Positions 21,001 through 30,232 of a stretch of 38,063 nt of DNA are shown here, piece by piece. The number at the start of each line of letters is the position of its first letter. Position 1 is the stretch's first letter. The stretch spans positions 1 to 38,063 of the forward strand of contig PWMT01000175.1 in assembly GCA_003558085.1 (NCBI GenBank), read 5' to 3'. The translations under genes were made by a program, and so were the position numbers. Source of the stretch: Methanobacteriaceae archaeon. GTDB lineage: Archaea; Methanobacteriota; Methanobacteria; Methanobacteriales; Methanobacteriaceae. The notes beneath the pieces are model-generated. The model saw only the letters and a list, made by a program, of their open reading frames with translations. It was not told where the DNA came from and did no database searches.

Positions 21001-21348
21001 ATGTCAAAGTATAAGGTTATTTTTCATATAGATGAAGATGATCCCTATAGAGTGAAATTAGTTATGAATAATCTCAATAATCTGATTGAGGATATGGGAT
21101 TAGATAATCTAGAATTAACATTGGTAGCCTACGGCCAGGGGATAAATATTTTCTTAAAAATGTCTCCTTATGCAAAAAATATGGAAAAAATAGCAGATTT
21201 AGGAGTTATCTTTGCAGCTTGCGGTAATACCGCCAAGAATCTGGCAATTGAAGCCAGTGATATGTTGGATTCAGTTCAGATTGTCTCTTCTGGAGTGGGG
21301 GAACTAGTTAAGAAACAGTCCCAGGGCTGGGTTTATATTAGGCCATAA
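21001..21348 (+). CDS. DsrE/DsrF-like protein (recalled as MTH1491-like) with a single Cys
   Basis: KVIFHIDEDD, VAYGQG, FAACGNT (Cys74), VSSGVGELVKKQ.QGWVYIRP; GGTGTG RBS, 24 bp after the SoxB-like stop. Confidence 0.9.
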   Translation: MSKYKVIFHIDEDDPYRVKLVMNNLNNLIEDMGLDNLELTLVAYGQGINIFLKMSPYAKNMEKIADLGVIFAACGNTAKNLAIEASDMLDSVQIVSSGVGELVKKQSQGWVYIRP

Positions 21349-21400
21349 TTGGAGAAGTATTTTATAGGTAAAATGATTTATTCAATATTTTAAATCTTTA

Positions 21401-22030
21401 TCAATTCTGTAATAGGCTCTTATCTATTTTTTTAAATAAGGGAATGAAAAGATATACTAAAGAGCTTGCAGTGGGGTTAAGGAAACTTACAATAATTGCC
21501 AGGACGGCAGTTAAGGGAAATATTAAATTCCGCCCTAAGTGACGGCGAAAAGTTAAGCTAGTATATTTCATAGAGGTTAATCCCTTCTTATAAGCATAGA
21601 ACCAGTTCAAAGAAGAAAAAAATGCAATAAAAAACAGGTTAATATGGAAAAAAAGAGTAGCGTAAAGTAAATGCCCATATTCACCGATAAGTGTGGTGGA
21701 AAAGGGTACCAGTGCCACAAACATTAACCAGACAACATTTATCCACAGCAGCTGGATGTTAGCTTTTTTTATAAAATGAAAATGATGATGATTAACTCTC
21801 CAGAAAACCGCTAGTAAAAGAAAACTCAATCCATAGACATAAAATTTGGGAATCAGGCTAATAAGATATTCATAGATAGTGGCATTGGTAATTGGGGGAG
21901 TAAAATCAGGCACTTCCAAAGTTAAAACCAGCAAAGTCATGGAAATGGCAAATATACCATCAATCAAAGTTTGTATACGGTTAGTGGTCATCCACTCTGA
22001 TTTAGGGCTTTTAACAGTAGATTCGGTCAT
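21401..22030 (-). CDS. TMEM175/DUF1211-family ion-channel-like membrane protein
   Basis: RIQTLIDGIFAISMTLLVL, LSFLLLAVFW..HH..F, VPFST; ATG 22030 follows a GGTGG RBS (ORF track starts at GTG 22039). Confidence 0.85.
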   Translation of the reverse strand: MTESTVKSPKSEWMTTNRIQTLIDGIFAISMTLLVLTLEVPDFTPPITNATIYEYLISLIPKFYVYGLSFLLLAVFWRVNHHHFHFIKKANIQLLWINVVWLMFVALVPFSTTLIGEYGHLLYATLFFHINLFFIAFFSSLNWFYAYKKGLTSMKYTSLTFRRHLGRNLIFPLTAVLAIIVSFLNPTASSLVYLFIPLFKKIDKSLLQN

Positions 22031-22069
22031 TAAAACCACCTTAAATTCAAATTGAATATCTTGACTAAT

Positions 22070-22822
22070 TTAAACTGAGATTGTATTTAACCTATCTCTA
22101 CTTTTTAAAACACCCTCATAATTGTTTAATTCTATAATTCCTTTTTCAATATTATTCAAAAGTTTTAAATTCAAATTACCATCGCCTAAAGGTAGGTGCT
22201 GATCTTTCTTTCCATTATTATCACTTAAATGATAATATGAAATATTTTTTATCTTAAAAAAATCTTCTGGTTTACCAGTGGTATTGGCATGGCCCATATC
22301 AACTGTTGCTCCAGATCCACATTTTTCTACCACCATTTTATGCTCTATGGCATTATTACAAATAAATGAATATTTATAGGGCATGTTTTCTATAGAAAAT
22401 TTTACTCCTCTATTATGGGCATATTCTGTGCATTGTATCAAAGTTTCTATAGAATGTTGTAGTGCATATTTTCTTACAAATTCATCTTGACGATTAATCA
22501 TCCCCGGGTGAGTAGTAATTGTTTCAGCCCCTATCTCTACTGCAAGATCAACAGTTTCCATAAGCTGTTTTTTTGTCTCTTCTCTTATACCGGGATTTAA
22601 ACTAGCGGGATTCAAATCAATTGTAGGGGAATGGATGAATATGGTGGTGTCATATGATTCAAAGATGTTCCATTCCTCTCTACTATTTTCCAGTAGATGA
22701 CGTGGCCAGTAAGGACCTTCACATAGAATCTCCAGGAGTTCAAAGCCATCTTTCTCTACAGTCTCTAGCATTTCTTTAAAGGATTGCATGAATAATGCTA
22801 AGGTTGAAAATCCTAACTTCAT
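22070..22822 (-). CDS. Sugar phosphate isomerase/epimerase (AP endonuclease 2 TIM-barrel) family protein
   Basis: IHSPTIDLN, TTHPG, SIENMP, DMGHAN, HLSDNNGKKDQHLPLGDG. Confidence 0.88.
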   Translation of the reverse strand: MKLGFSTLALFMQSFKEMLETVEKDGFELLEILCEGPYWPRHLLENSREEWNIFESYDTTIFIHSPTIDLNPASLNPGIREETKKQLMETVDLAVEIGAETITTHPGMINRQDEFVRKYALQHSIETLIQCTEYAHNRGVKFSIENMPYKYSFICNNAIEHKMVVEKCGSGATVDMGHANTTGKPEDFFKIKNISYYHLSDNNGKKDQHLPLGDGNLNLKLLNNIEKGIIELNNYEGVLKSRDRLNTISV

Positions 22823-23110
22823 CTAATTCCCCCATAGATCTAATTTTTCAAAATATACTATGATCTTTTAGATCATAAAACTACTGTAAATGGTCTATTA
22901 TAGATAGTTGAAAAGCTGGTGATAATATTTAATCTAAAATTACAATTGAGGTAATATAATTATTTATAATTTATGATAAATTATTACTTAAATATTTCTA
23001 CTTGGGAAAATATTTTTAAAGATTTTATGGGCTTCCCATGAATTATAGATTAATCTATCAAGAAAAAAATAGGATTATTAAGCTTAGCTATTAAAAAATA
23101 GAAAAAATGT

Positions 23111-23131
23111 TAAGATTAAAATTTAATCTTA
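23111..23131 (-). terminator. Inverted repeat just downstream of the albA stop, followed by T-rich tracts on the minus strand
   Basis: TAAGATTAAA-A-TTTAATCTTA, 10-bp arms; the minus strand continues CATTTTTTCTATTTTTT. Confidence 0.45.
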
Positions 23132-23133
23132 TA

Positions 23134-23406
23134 TCATTTTTGTAGTTGAATTTCAATTGCTGAGACATTTGTAGCTGTACCTTCGTTGCCTACGATTTCC
23201 TCAGTAGATATATCTATACTCTCAATATGTATATCCGGGATGAATCTGTTTCTAACAATTTCTGCTACATCTACTGCACGACTTATAGCTCTTCCTCTTG
23301 CTTTTAGAACAACATCCGTAGTTCCACCATTCATTTGAGTCACAACAGCTAATACATAGTTCATAACCGGCTTGTTTCCAATGTATACAACATTTTCCTC
23401 TGACAT
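23134..23406 (-). CDS. albA: DNA/RNA-binding chromatin protein Alba
   Basis: [40 protein letters not shown] 23406 (MSEENVV) has a GGAGGT RBS, so it is preferred over 23421. Confidence 0.97.
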   Translation of the reverse strand: MSEENVVYIGNKPVMNYVLAVVTQMNGGTTDVVLKARGRAISRAVDVAEIVRNRFIPDIHIESIDISTEEIVGNEGTATNVSAIEIQLQK

Positions 23407-23685
23407 CGCTTCGACCTCCATAAAAATGACATATATCTTTAAGTTGGTAAATATTTATATATTTTGTGATAAGCGATTAAAAAAGGAAAAATAGTTTTTT
23501 ATTTAGAATTAATAATAAGCAAAAAAATTTAATGCTTAATCTGAGGATTTTATTTATACCCTGAAAAAATGTTAGGTATAATAATAAACCTTTAAAAAAC
23601 AGGACAAAATAAGGAAATTTGATAAATTGTTTTAAATTAATATACTATCCTTGATTGTTCTATCTTTATATAAAATTTAGTAATT

Positions 23686-23715
23686 ATGGTCTTCTTTAGG
23701 ATGGTCTTCTTTAGG
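23686..23715. repeat. Perfect 15-bp tandem duplication ATGGTCTTCTTTAGG x2
   Basis: Copies at 23686-23700 and 23701-23715. Confidence 0.92.
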
Positions 23716-23870
23716 CTATTTAATTTTGAATTTAGGAAATATTGGCTTAAATAGAGTTGTTTAAAAGATTTTCGTTATTAGTTTAGGTGTTTGGTATTTA
23801 GAGTAAGCAAATTTTTAGCAATCCCACTTAGCAGGGCTAGGAAATTTTCATAAAAGGGGATATTAAGGAA

Positions 23871-25388
23871 TTATTTTAAAAGTAATATTTTATTTATTGA
23901 ATCTAAAACGGCCTCTACACTAGCCATGACAATATCTTCTCTGGTGGAACGTCCAGTTGCTGTATTGCCATTTAAATCTCCCATAACTACAAATACTTCA
24001 GCTAATGCATTTGTGCCTCCAGTTATAGCTTCTATATTATATTCTTTAAGTTCTATATCTGTTGTTTCACTTACTAAGCTATTTATGGCAGTAATGGCTG
24101 CGTCAACAGGCCCGACACCTGTTTTGGAAGTGGTTTTTATTTCATCTTTGATTCTAAGTTTAACGGTGGCAGTGGGCATGACATTTTCACCTGTCATGAC
24201 AGCGAAGCCTTCTAGTTTTACTAATTCTTCTTTAGCACGTCCTAAAACAGTTATAGCAATAGCCTTTAAATCAGCGTCAGTAATTTTTTTACCTTTATCT
24301 CCTAAATCCTTAATTTGTTCATATACGGTTAAAAATTGTTCTTCGCTCATCTCGATTCCATATTCATCTAATTTGGATCTAATAGCATTGGCACCAGTAT
24401 GTTTACCTAGAACGATTCGACGGGTATGACCCACCATTTCAGGAGTGATCGGTTCGTAGGTTTCAGCTTTTTTTAATACCCCATGAACATGGATGCCTGC
24501 CTCGTGAGCAAATGCATTTTCACCTACAATAGCTTTATTTGGAGGCATTTTAATCCCAGTAATTCGGGAGACAAATTCAGATAGGTCTAATAAATGAAAA
24601 GTTTTGATATTTGATTTAAGATTGTATCTAGTTATTAAGGCCATGATAACTTCTTCTAATGAAGCATTGCCTGCTCTTTCTCCCAGCCCATTTACTGTGG
24701 CATGTATCTGTTCTGCACCGGCTTCCACAGCAGCTAAGGAATTAGCTACCCCTAGACCAAAATCGTCATGGCAATGTACACTTAAAGGTATTTTTAATTC
24801 TTCTTTTAGATTATTTACTAACCAGTGCATAGCACTGGGAATCATAACCCCTACTGTATCAGGAATGTTAATATAATTAGCACCAGCGTCTTCAACTGCC
24901 TGATAAATTTGAGAAAGAAATTGATATTCAGTTCTGGTGGCATCTTCAGCAGAAAACTCTACTAACAAATCATGATCTTTAGCATATTCTACAGCCTGGA
25001 CTGCTTTATCCATTATTTGTTCTTTACTCATCTTGAGTTTATATTGTCGATGCAAAGGTGAAGTTCCAATGAAAGTATGAACATAATCTAAATTACTAGA
25101 AATCACAGCATCTATGTCTGCTTTTAAAACTCTAGCCAAACCACAAACTTGTGAATTTAATCCTAAATCTAAAATAGCTTTAGCTGCTTCTTTTTCACCT
25201 GCTGATGCAGCAGGAAACCCTACTTCAATTGCATCCACACCTAGTTGATCCAACTTATTAGCTATACTGATTTTTTCATCTACGGTTATGGCCACACCCG
25301 GTGTTTGTTCACCATCTCTTAATGTAGTATCAAATATACGCACACTTTCCGGTAAACGCATATTTTTTTTGACTTTTTCTATATACAT
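23871..25388 (-). CDS. leuA: 2-isopropylmalate synthase (DRE-TIM family; citramalate synthase not excluded)
   Basis: [37 protein letters not shown]-terminal allosteric domain with GVGPVDA. Confidence 0.85.
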   Translation of the reverse strand: MYIEKVKKNMRLPESVRIFDTTLRDGEQTPGVAITVDEKISIANKLDQLGVDAIEVGFPAASAGEKEAAKAILDLGLNSQVCGLARVLKADIDAVISSNLDYVHTFIGTSPLHRQYKLKMSKEQIMDKAVQAVEYAKDHDLLVEFSAEDATRTEYQFLSQIYQAVEDAGANYINIPDTVGVMIPSAMHWLVNNLKEELKIPLSVHCHDDFGLGVANSLAAVEAGAEQIHATVNGLGERAGNASLEEVIMALITRYNLKSNIKTFHLLDLSEFVSRITGIKMPPNKAIVGENAFAHEAGIHVHGVLKKAETYEPITPEMVGHTRRIVLGKHTGANAIRSKLDEYGIEMSEEQFLTVYEQIKDLGDKGKKITDADLKAIAITVLGRAKEELVKLEGFAVMTGENVMPTATVKLRIKDEIKTTSKTGVGPVDAAITAINSLVSETTDIELKEYNIEAITGGTNALAEVFVVMGDLNGNTATGRSTREDIVMASVEAVLDSINKILLLK

Positions 25389-25558
25389 GGGCTTGCCTCA
25401 TGGATTTGGCTTGATAAATATATTGTTATTATTTTTATTCCCTTATAGATTAATCCCATATAAATGCTATATTCTAATCTATTTCATAAAAGTTTTTGGA
25501 AGAACTTAGACATCCCCCCTAAAACTATCAGTGGAAATCTAAGAAAAGAAAAATAATT

Positions 25559-26356
25559 TTAAGTGCCCATACTAAGACTTAAAAGATTTCTTAACCCCGG
25601 TGCTAAACCTAAAATGAAAATAGATAATTTTAAAACGTTTCTAACCGTTTTATCTTCAATATAAAAATCTATAAGATAAATTGCTGCCAATATAACTGTT
25701 ATTTTTAATGGGAACATTATGGCAGCTGTGCCTAATCTACTAATAAGGGCCCCTGGTAATACGTGTTGTTCCCAGTACCCATAAAAGTCCACCGCTATGA
25801 AAGTGGAAGATGCATCAAAAAGATGGGCCGATAATACTGATAAATTAAATTTATCTTGCAGTAAATCCCATTTTTTTCCCAGCATAAAAAAACATAGAGT
25901 GAAAGCTGCCCAGATAATTATAACTGCAGAGAAAGCCACCCAATTAAAAGATTGTAAATTAATTAAGTTGGGTATGCATAACACTAGGCCAGTGAAAAAT
26001 ATAATATAACGATAATCTCTTCCTGTTTGCTGCTCAATATAAACCGCCCCTATAATGGTAAAAATAGTTATAAAACCAGTAATGATGTAAATTCCAGGAG
26101 TTACAAGAAGTAAATTAAAGGGATAAACAAAAATATCTACTAAGGCCCTAGTACTTGATCCTAGAAAAATAAAAGGAACTAAAGGAATTAAAAATTCCTT
26201 AGGATCCTTATCTATCCATTTAAACATTTTTATTATTGTTAAAACTGTCAAACCCAAAATTAAGCCAAAGAATAAAGTATTTACTATGTTGTAGCCTGGT
26301 TGGTTATTAAAAAAATATTCTTGTATGAATTGGGATAGGGAAGCGACTATAATCAT
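25559..26356 (-). CDS. DUF63-family membrane protein
   Basis: GYNIVNT, RALVD, LLVTPGIY, AHLFDASST, YWEQHV, LGLAPGLRN. Confidence 0.82.
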   Translation of the reverse strand: MIIVASLSQFIQEYFFNNQPGYNIVNTLFFGLILGLTVLTIIKMFKWIDKDPKEFLIPLVPFIFLGSSTRALVDIFVYPFNLLLVTPGIYIITGFITIFTIIGAVYIEQQTGRDYRYIIFFTGLVLCIPNLINLQSFNWVAFSAVIIIWAAFTLCFFMLGKKWDLLQDKFNLSVLSAHLFDASSTFIAVDFYGYWEQHVLPGALISRLGTAAIMFPLKITVILAAIYLIDFYIEDKTVRNVLKLSIFILGLAPGLRNLLSLSMGT

Positions 26357-26419
26357 AAAAACTAATAGAAATCTTTGACATTTAATGCTATCGTTGATTG
26401 TTTATAATAAAATATTAAG

Positions 26420-27076
26420 TTAGTATTCTTGAATTTTTTTGATTTTTTTGTTAATCACTTCTTTGAATATAAGAGTTAAAGATGTTCTCTCCCCATGGGG
26501 TGTGGTTTTTCCTTTTTTAATAGACTTTATTATGCTATCTACCGAAAAATCAGCTTCTACCATGGTTATACAACTGCCTATAGCTTCAATAAAATGAGCA
26601 TCACTAGCCCCTATTTGAGGAATATTCTCTCTTTGAGCTAATTTTTTAGCCTTCCAGTTGGAATACCCAAAAATATAACGAGAATTAAGAGTTTCTATAG
26701 CATCCATCTTTAGTTTACTGGTACGGCTTAAAATACCATTACGATATCTGACAAAAGGATGGGGAATTATAGCCAAACCCCCGGCTTCATGTATCTTTAA
26801 AATAGTTTCTTCTGGAGATAAATTTTTTTTAATTTCTTCATTAATACCCAAGGCGATCATATGCCCTTTAGCGGTAGTAATCTCCATAGAAGGTATTATA
26901 AGAATATCTGTAAATTCTTTAACTTCTTTAAGAGCAATATCAGATCCTTTGAGAGTATTATGATCAGCTATGGCTATAGCATCTAAGCCTATAGTCCGAG
27001 CTTTTTTTATGATTTCGCGAGGTGTGCCCGTGGCATCTCCGGAGTAAATACTGTGAATATGGGGATCTATTATCAT
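26420..27076 (-). CDS. PHP-domain metal-dependent phosphoesterase
   Basis: DPHIHSIYSGD, IADHN, EIT..GH, PHPF, GASDAH. Confidence 0.9.
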   Translation of the reverse strand: MIIDPHIHSIYSGDATGTPREIIKKARTIGLDAIAIADHNTLKGSDIALKEVKEFTDILIIPSMEITTAKGHMIALGINEEIKKNLSPEETILKIHEAGGLAIIPHPFVRYRNGILSRTSKLKMDAIETLNSRYIFGYSNWKAKKLAQRENIPQIGASDAHFIEAIGSCITMVEADFSVDSIIKSIKKGKTTPHGERTSLTLIFKEVINKKIKKIQEY

Positions 27077-27155
27077 AACTAAATCACAACAAAAATTGGA
27101 GACTCTTATTATTTATTTAATCAAATATATATTCTGTCGATCTATATGCATAACT

Positions 27156-28205
27156 TTATCTAATTTGGGTTTTCATGCATTTTATTAAGCCTGCTGGTCC
27201 AGACATCATAACATCACCGGCAGGAGCAGCATTGTAAACAGGTAAAGAACTGGATTCTGCCAATTTACGGCGAGGTCCAGTTAGAATCACTTTCTCTAAT
27301 TTATCAATAGATTCTAATACCCAGGCCCCATGACCACCGTCATTATAAATTTCATCGTTGGTTAAATTAGCAGATACTAATTTTTCTACGAATTTGATGA
27401 TTTTTTCTGGAGTGAGCATATTAGTATGATGCTCAAAAACTCCCTTAATTTTTTTATTTTCTATAGAAGCCGCCATTGTATGTCCATTACCCACATCCAT
27501 AACTACATAACTGTTTAAATTTTGTACATATTTATCACATGTTGCAACGCAAACTGCAGCAAATTTAGAATCCATTACAATAGATTTAAATCCTTTCAAG
27601 GTTCTTTTAACTGCATTCATTCGTGTAAAATGATCAGGTACCTTCTCAACATAAGCAAATTCTTCAGGAGGCCGTGGTTTATTTAACTTTTCTTTGATTT
27701 TTAAAAAACGAAAATTTCTATCACCCATATTTTCACTGAAACCATGATCCTGTACTGCCACCCCCACCCAGTCAAAATCAAGTTCTAGGTTGAAAGGGGA
27801 AAGGGAAGAAGCTATGGCATCTAAATCAATATCTTTTAGAGTGATTTTTTTAAAATTATGGTGGTCATTGAATGCAGTTTTCTTTATTTTTTTAGGCTGA
27901 TTTAGAATATTTATTCCTAAAGATTGCACTCTATTTAAATCATCACGTATGGTACGAGCAGCTTTTTCTGTCATGCTTACTTGATAGCCTTTCTTTAAGT
28001 GGTTTTTTATAGCCCAGTTAACTGGCCCTCCACCCATAGTCTCACCATTCAAATAAAGATGCTGATTAGTTTTATTTATTTTTTCAGAAAAAATTACCGT
28101 GGGAGAGGGAACTACTAGTTTTATAGCGCTTTCCAATGTCTGACGATCATCATAAAGCATTATATCTTGGGTACCCTTACCTATATCTATAGCCAAAAAT
28201 TTCAT
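27156..28205 (-). CDS. DUF1786-family protein (ASKHA-like phosphate motifs)
   Basis: LAIDIGKGTQD, GETMGGGP, AVQDHG, DRNFRF, MDVGNGHT, FEHHT, DGGHGA. Confidence 0.78.
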   Translation of the reverse strand: MKFLAIDIGKGTQDIMLYDDRQTLESAIKLVVPSPTVIFSEKINKTNQHLYLNGETMGGGPVNWAIKNHLKKGYQVSMTEKAARTIRDDLNRVQSLGINILNQPKKIKKTAFNDHHNFKKITLKDIDLDAIASSLSPFNLELDFDWVGVAVQDHGFSENMGDRNFRFLKIKEKLNKPRPPEEFAYVEKVPDHFTRMNAVKRTLKGFKSIVMDSKFAAVCVATCDKYVQNLNSYVVMDVGNGHTMAASIENKKIKGVFEHHTNMLTPEKIIKFVEKLVSANLTNDEIYNDGGHGAWVLESIDKLEKVILTGPRRKLAESSSLPVYNAAPAGDVMMSGPAGLIKCMKTQIR

Positions 28206-28337
28206 GTTAATAATTATTGGTGAGCTTGATATAAATATAATTAAATCTAATTAATTTAAGGCCTAAGATAATTAATATTTTGTAGCATTATTTTTTTTTA
28301 TGATCAACTATTTTTTAAGATCAGCCTAAAATATATA

Positions 28338-28383
28338 TGTACAAATTTGTACAACAAAGGTTTAAATAGTACTGTAAAGTATA
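28338..28383 (+). promoter_or_regulatory. trpB2 promoter with paired TRP boxes (TrpY operator) flanking a TATA box
   Basis: TGTACA-AATT-TGTACA (28338-28353), TATA box TTTAAATA (28361-28368), variant pair AGTACT-GTAA-AGTATA (28368-28383). TGTACA is the known TrpY TRP-box consensus in Methanothermobacter. Confidence 0.8.
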
Positions 28384-28422
28384 GATTTATAGTAAGAAAT
28401 AAAATTATCCATTGGTGATTAA

Positions 28423-29712
28423 ATGCATAAAATAACTTTACCTTCAGAAGAAATACCACGGAAATGGTATAATATAACTCCAGACTTACCAGTAGAAATG
28501 CCTGCGCCTAAAAATTCAGAAGAAGGAGGCAATTTAGAAAATTTACCAAAATTATTTTCTAAAGGTGTTTTGGAACAGGAAATGTCTCAAGATAGATGGA
28601 TTAAAATCCCTAAGGAAGTAAGAAAAGTTTACAAGATGATTGGTAGGCCCAGCCCTCTTTTCCGGGCAAAAAGGCTGGAAGAGATGTTAGATACACCCGC
28701 CAAAATATACTATAAAAGAGAAGATTACTCACCCACAGGGAGCCATAAATTAAATACAGCCATAGCTCAAGCTTATTATGCTAAAAAAGATGGGGCTGAA
28801 CGATTATGCACAGAGACTGGTGCAGGTCAATGGGGTACAGCTCTATCTTTAGCCTGTTCTATGCTGGATATGGACTGCACAGTTTATATGGTGAGGATTT
28901 CCTTTAATCAGAAACCATTTAGAAAAACAATTATGCAATTATACGGTGGAGAAGTAATACCTTCCCCTAGTGACCAAACTACATTTGGAAAGAAAATGTT
29001 AAAAGAGGATCCCAACCACCCCGGATCTTTAGGAATAGCCATTTCCGAAGCGGTTGAAGATGCATTAAATAATGAAAATGCTTATTATTCTTTAGGAAGT
29101 GTTTTAAATCATGTTCTATTACATCAAAGTGTAATCGGATTGGAAACTCAAAAACAATTAAATATTGCAGGTGAAACTCCAGATGTGATGGTTGGATGTG
29201 TAGGTGGCGGAAGTAACTTTGCTGGAGCCATCGCTCCCTTCATAAAAGAGCATATAGATGGCAAAATTAACTGTAAATTTTTGGCAGCTGAACCAGAATC
29301 TTGTCCTACACTTACCCAGGGAAAGTATGCCTACGATTTTGGAGACACCGCCGGTATGACACCCTTACTAAAAATGTACACCTTAGGACATGATTTTGTT
29401 CCCTCATCAGTGCATGCCGGAGGTTTAAGATACCATGGAATGGCACCGCAACTATCCTTATTGGTTAATCAAGGAATAGTAGAAGGTAGAGCCATCAACC
29501 AAAAGGATACATTCCAAAGTGGAGTCGATTTTGCTAAAGCAGAAGGAGTAGTTCCAGCACCTGAAACCACACATGCCCTAAAAGTAGCCATGGATGAAGC
29601 AAGAGAGTGTAAAAAAACGGGTGAAGAAAAAACTATAGTAGTTAGTTTCTCTGGACATGGTATGTTAGATTTAAAGGGATATGATGATTTTTTAAATGGT
29701 AAAATTGTCTAA
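28423..29712 (+). CDS. trpB2: Tryptophan synthase beta chain, TrpB2 type (stand-alone)
   Basis: WYNI.PDLP, SPTGSHKLNTA (PLP Lys), TETGAGQWG, HPGSLGIAISEA, HAGGLRYHG, SGHG. Confidence 0.95.
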   Translation: MHKITLPSEEIPRKWYNITPDLPVEMPAPKNSEEGGNLENLPKLFSKGVLEQEMSQDRWIKIPKEVRKVYKMIGRPSPLFRAKRLEEMLDTPAKIYYKREDYSPTGSHKLNTAIAQAYYAKKDGAERLCTETGAGQWGTALSLACSMLDMDCTVYMVRISFNQKPFRKTIMQLYGGEVIPSPSDQTTFGKKMLKEDPNHPGSLGIAISEAVEDALNNENAYYSLGSVLNHVLLHQSVIGLETQKQLNIAGETPDVMVGCVGGGSNFAGAIAPFIKEHIDGKINCKFLAAEPESCPTLTQGKYAYDFGDTAGMTPLLKMYTLGHDFVPSSVHAGGLRYHGMAPQLSLLVNQGIVEGRAINQKDTFQSGVDFAKAEGVVPAPETTHALKVAMDEARECKKTGEEKTIVVSFSGHGMLDLKGYDDFLNGKIV

Positions 29713-30158
29713 AAAGATTTAAATAAATAAAATATTCCCCTTTTTTATTTTTATTTAATAAATTAGTATTAAAAAAGAATTCTATTTTAATAGATTTAAA
29801 AAACCTGAATTAGAGGTAAATACTAAAACTTAATGATTTACTATAACTTTAAGCAAATTTTTACTTTGTGGTTTCTAATAAAGCAACCTTAACTAGAACT
29901 ATGCTTTTAGAGTAAAAAAACCCTCTAACTTATAACCTAAATAGAGTAAAATATATTAATTGCTTGTTTATCATTCTAATTCTTTATCCAATTCTTAAAC
30001 TTATTTAGTAAATCTTTAAATGGTGGATAATGGAAAACTATCTTATTATAATAATAGGATAGATTGCTAAGCTCTTATCTATTATATTTTTTTTTAGAGA
30101 GTAGATTATGAGATTTAGTTAAAGAAAAAAATATAGGATTTTACAAATAATTCAATAA

Positions 30159-30197
30159 AGGGAAAATTTTCCCTGAAAATAAGTTATGGTTATATAT
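30159..30197 (+). promoter_or_regulatory. Perfect 16-bp palindrome plus TATA-like box upstream of fae-hps
   Basis: AGGGAAAATTTTCCCT (30159-30174), TTATATAT (30190-30197), then GGAGG RBS and ATG 30233. Confidence 0.5.
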
Positions 30198-30232
30198 TTA
30201 AATTCATAAAATTATTATTAGGAGGATTTTTT

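Noticed and set aside
25484-25513. Minus-strand uORF MSKFFQKLL* upstream of leuA as a leucine attenuator leader
   Set aside because: The G-run abuts the ATG with no spacing, no terminator/antiterminator pair is visible, and a TATA-like box lies between it and leuA.
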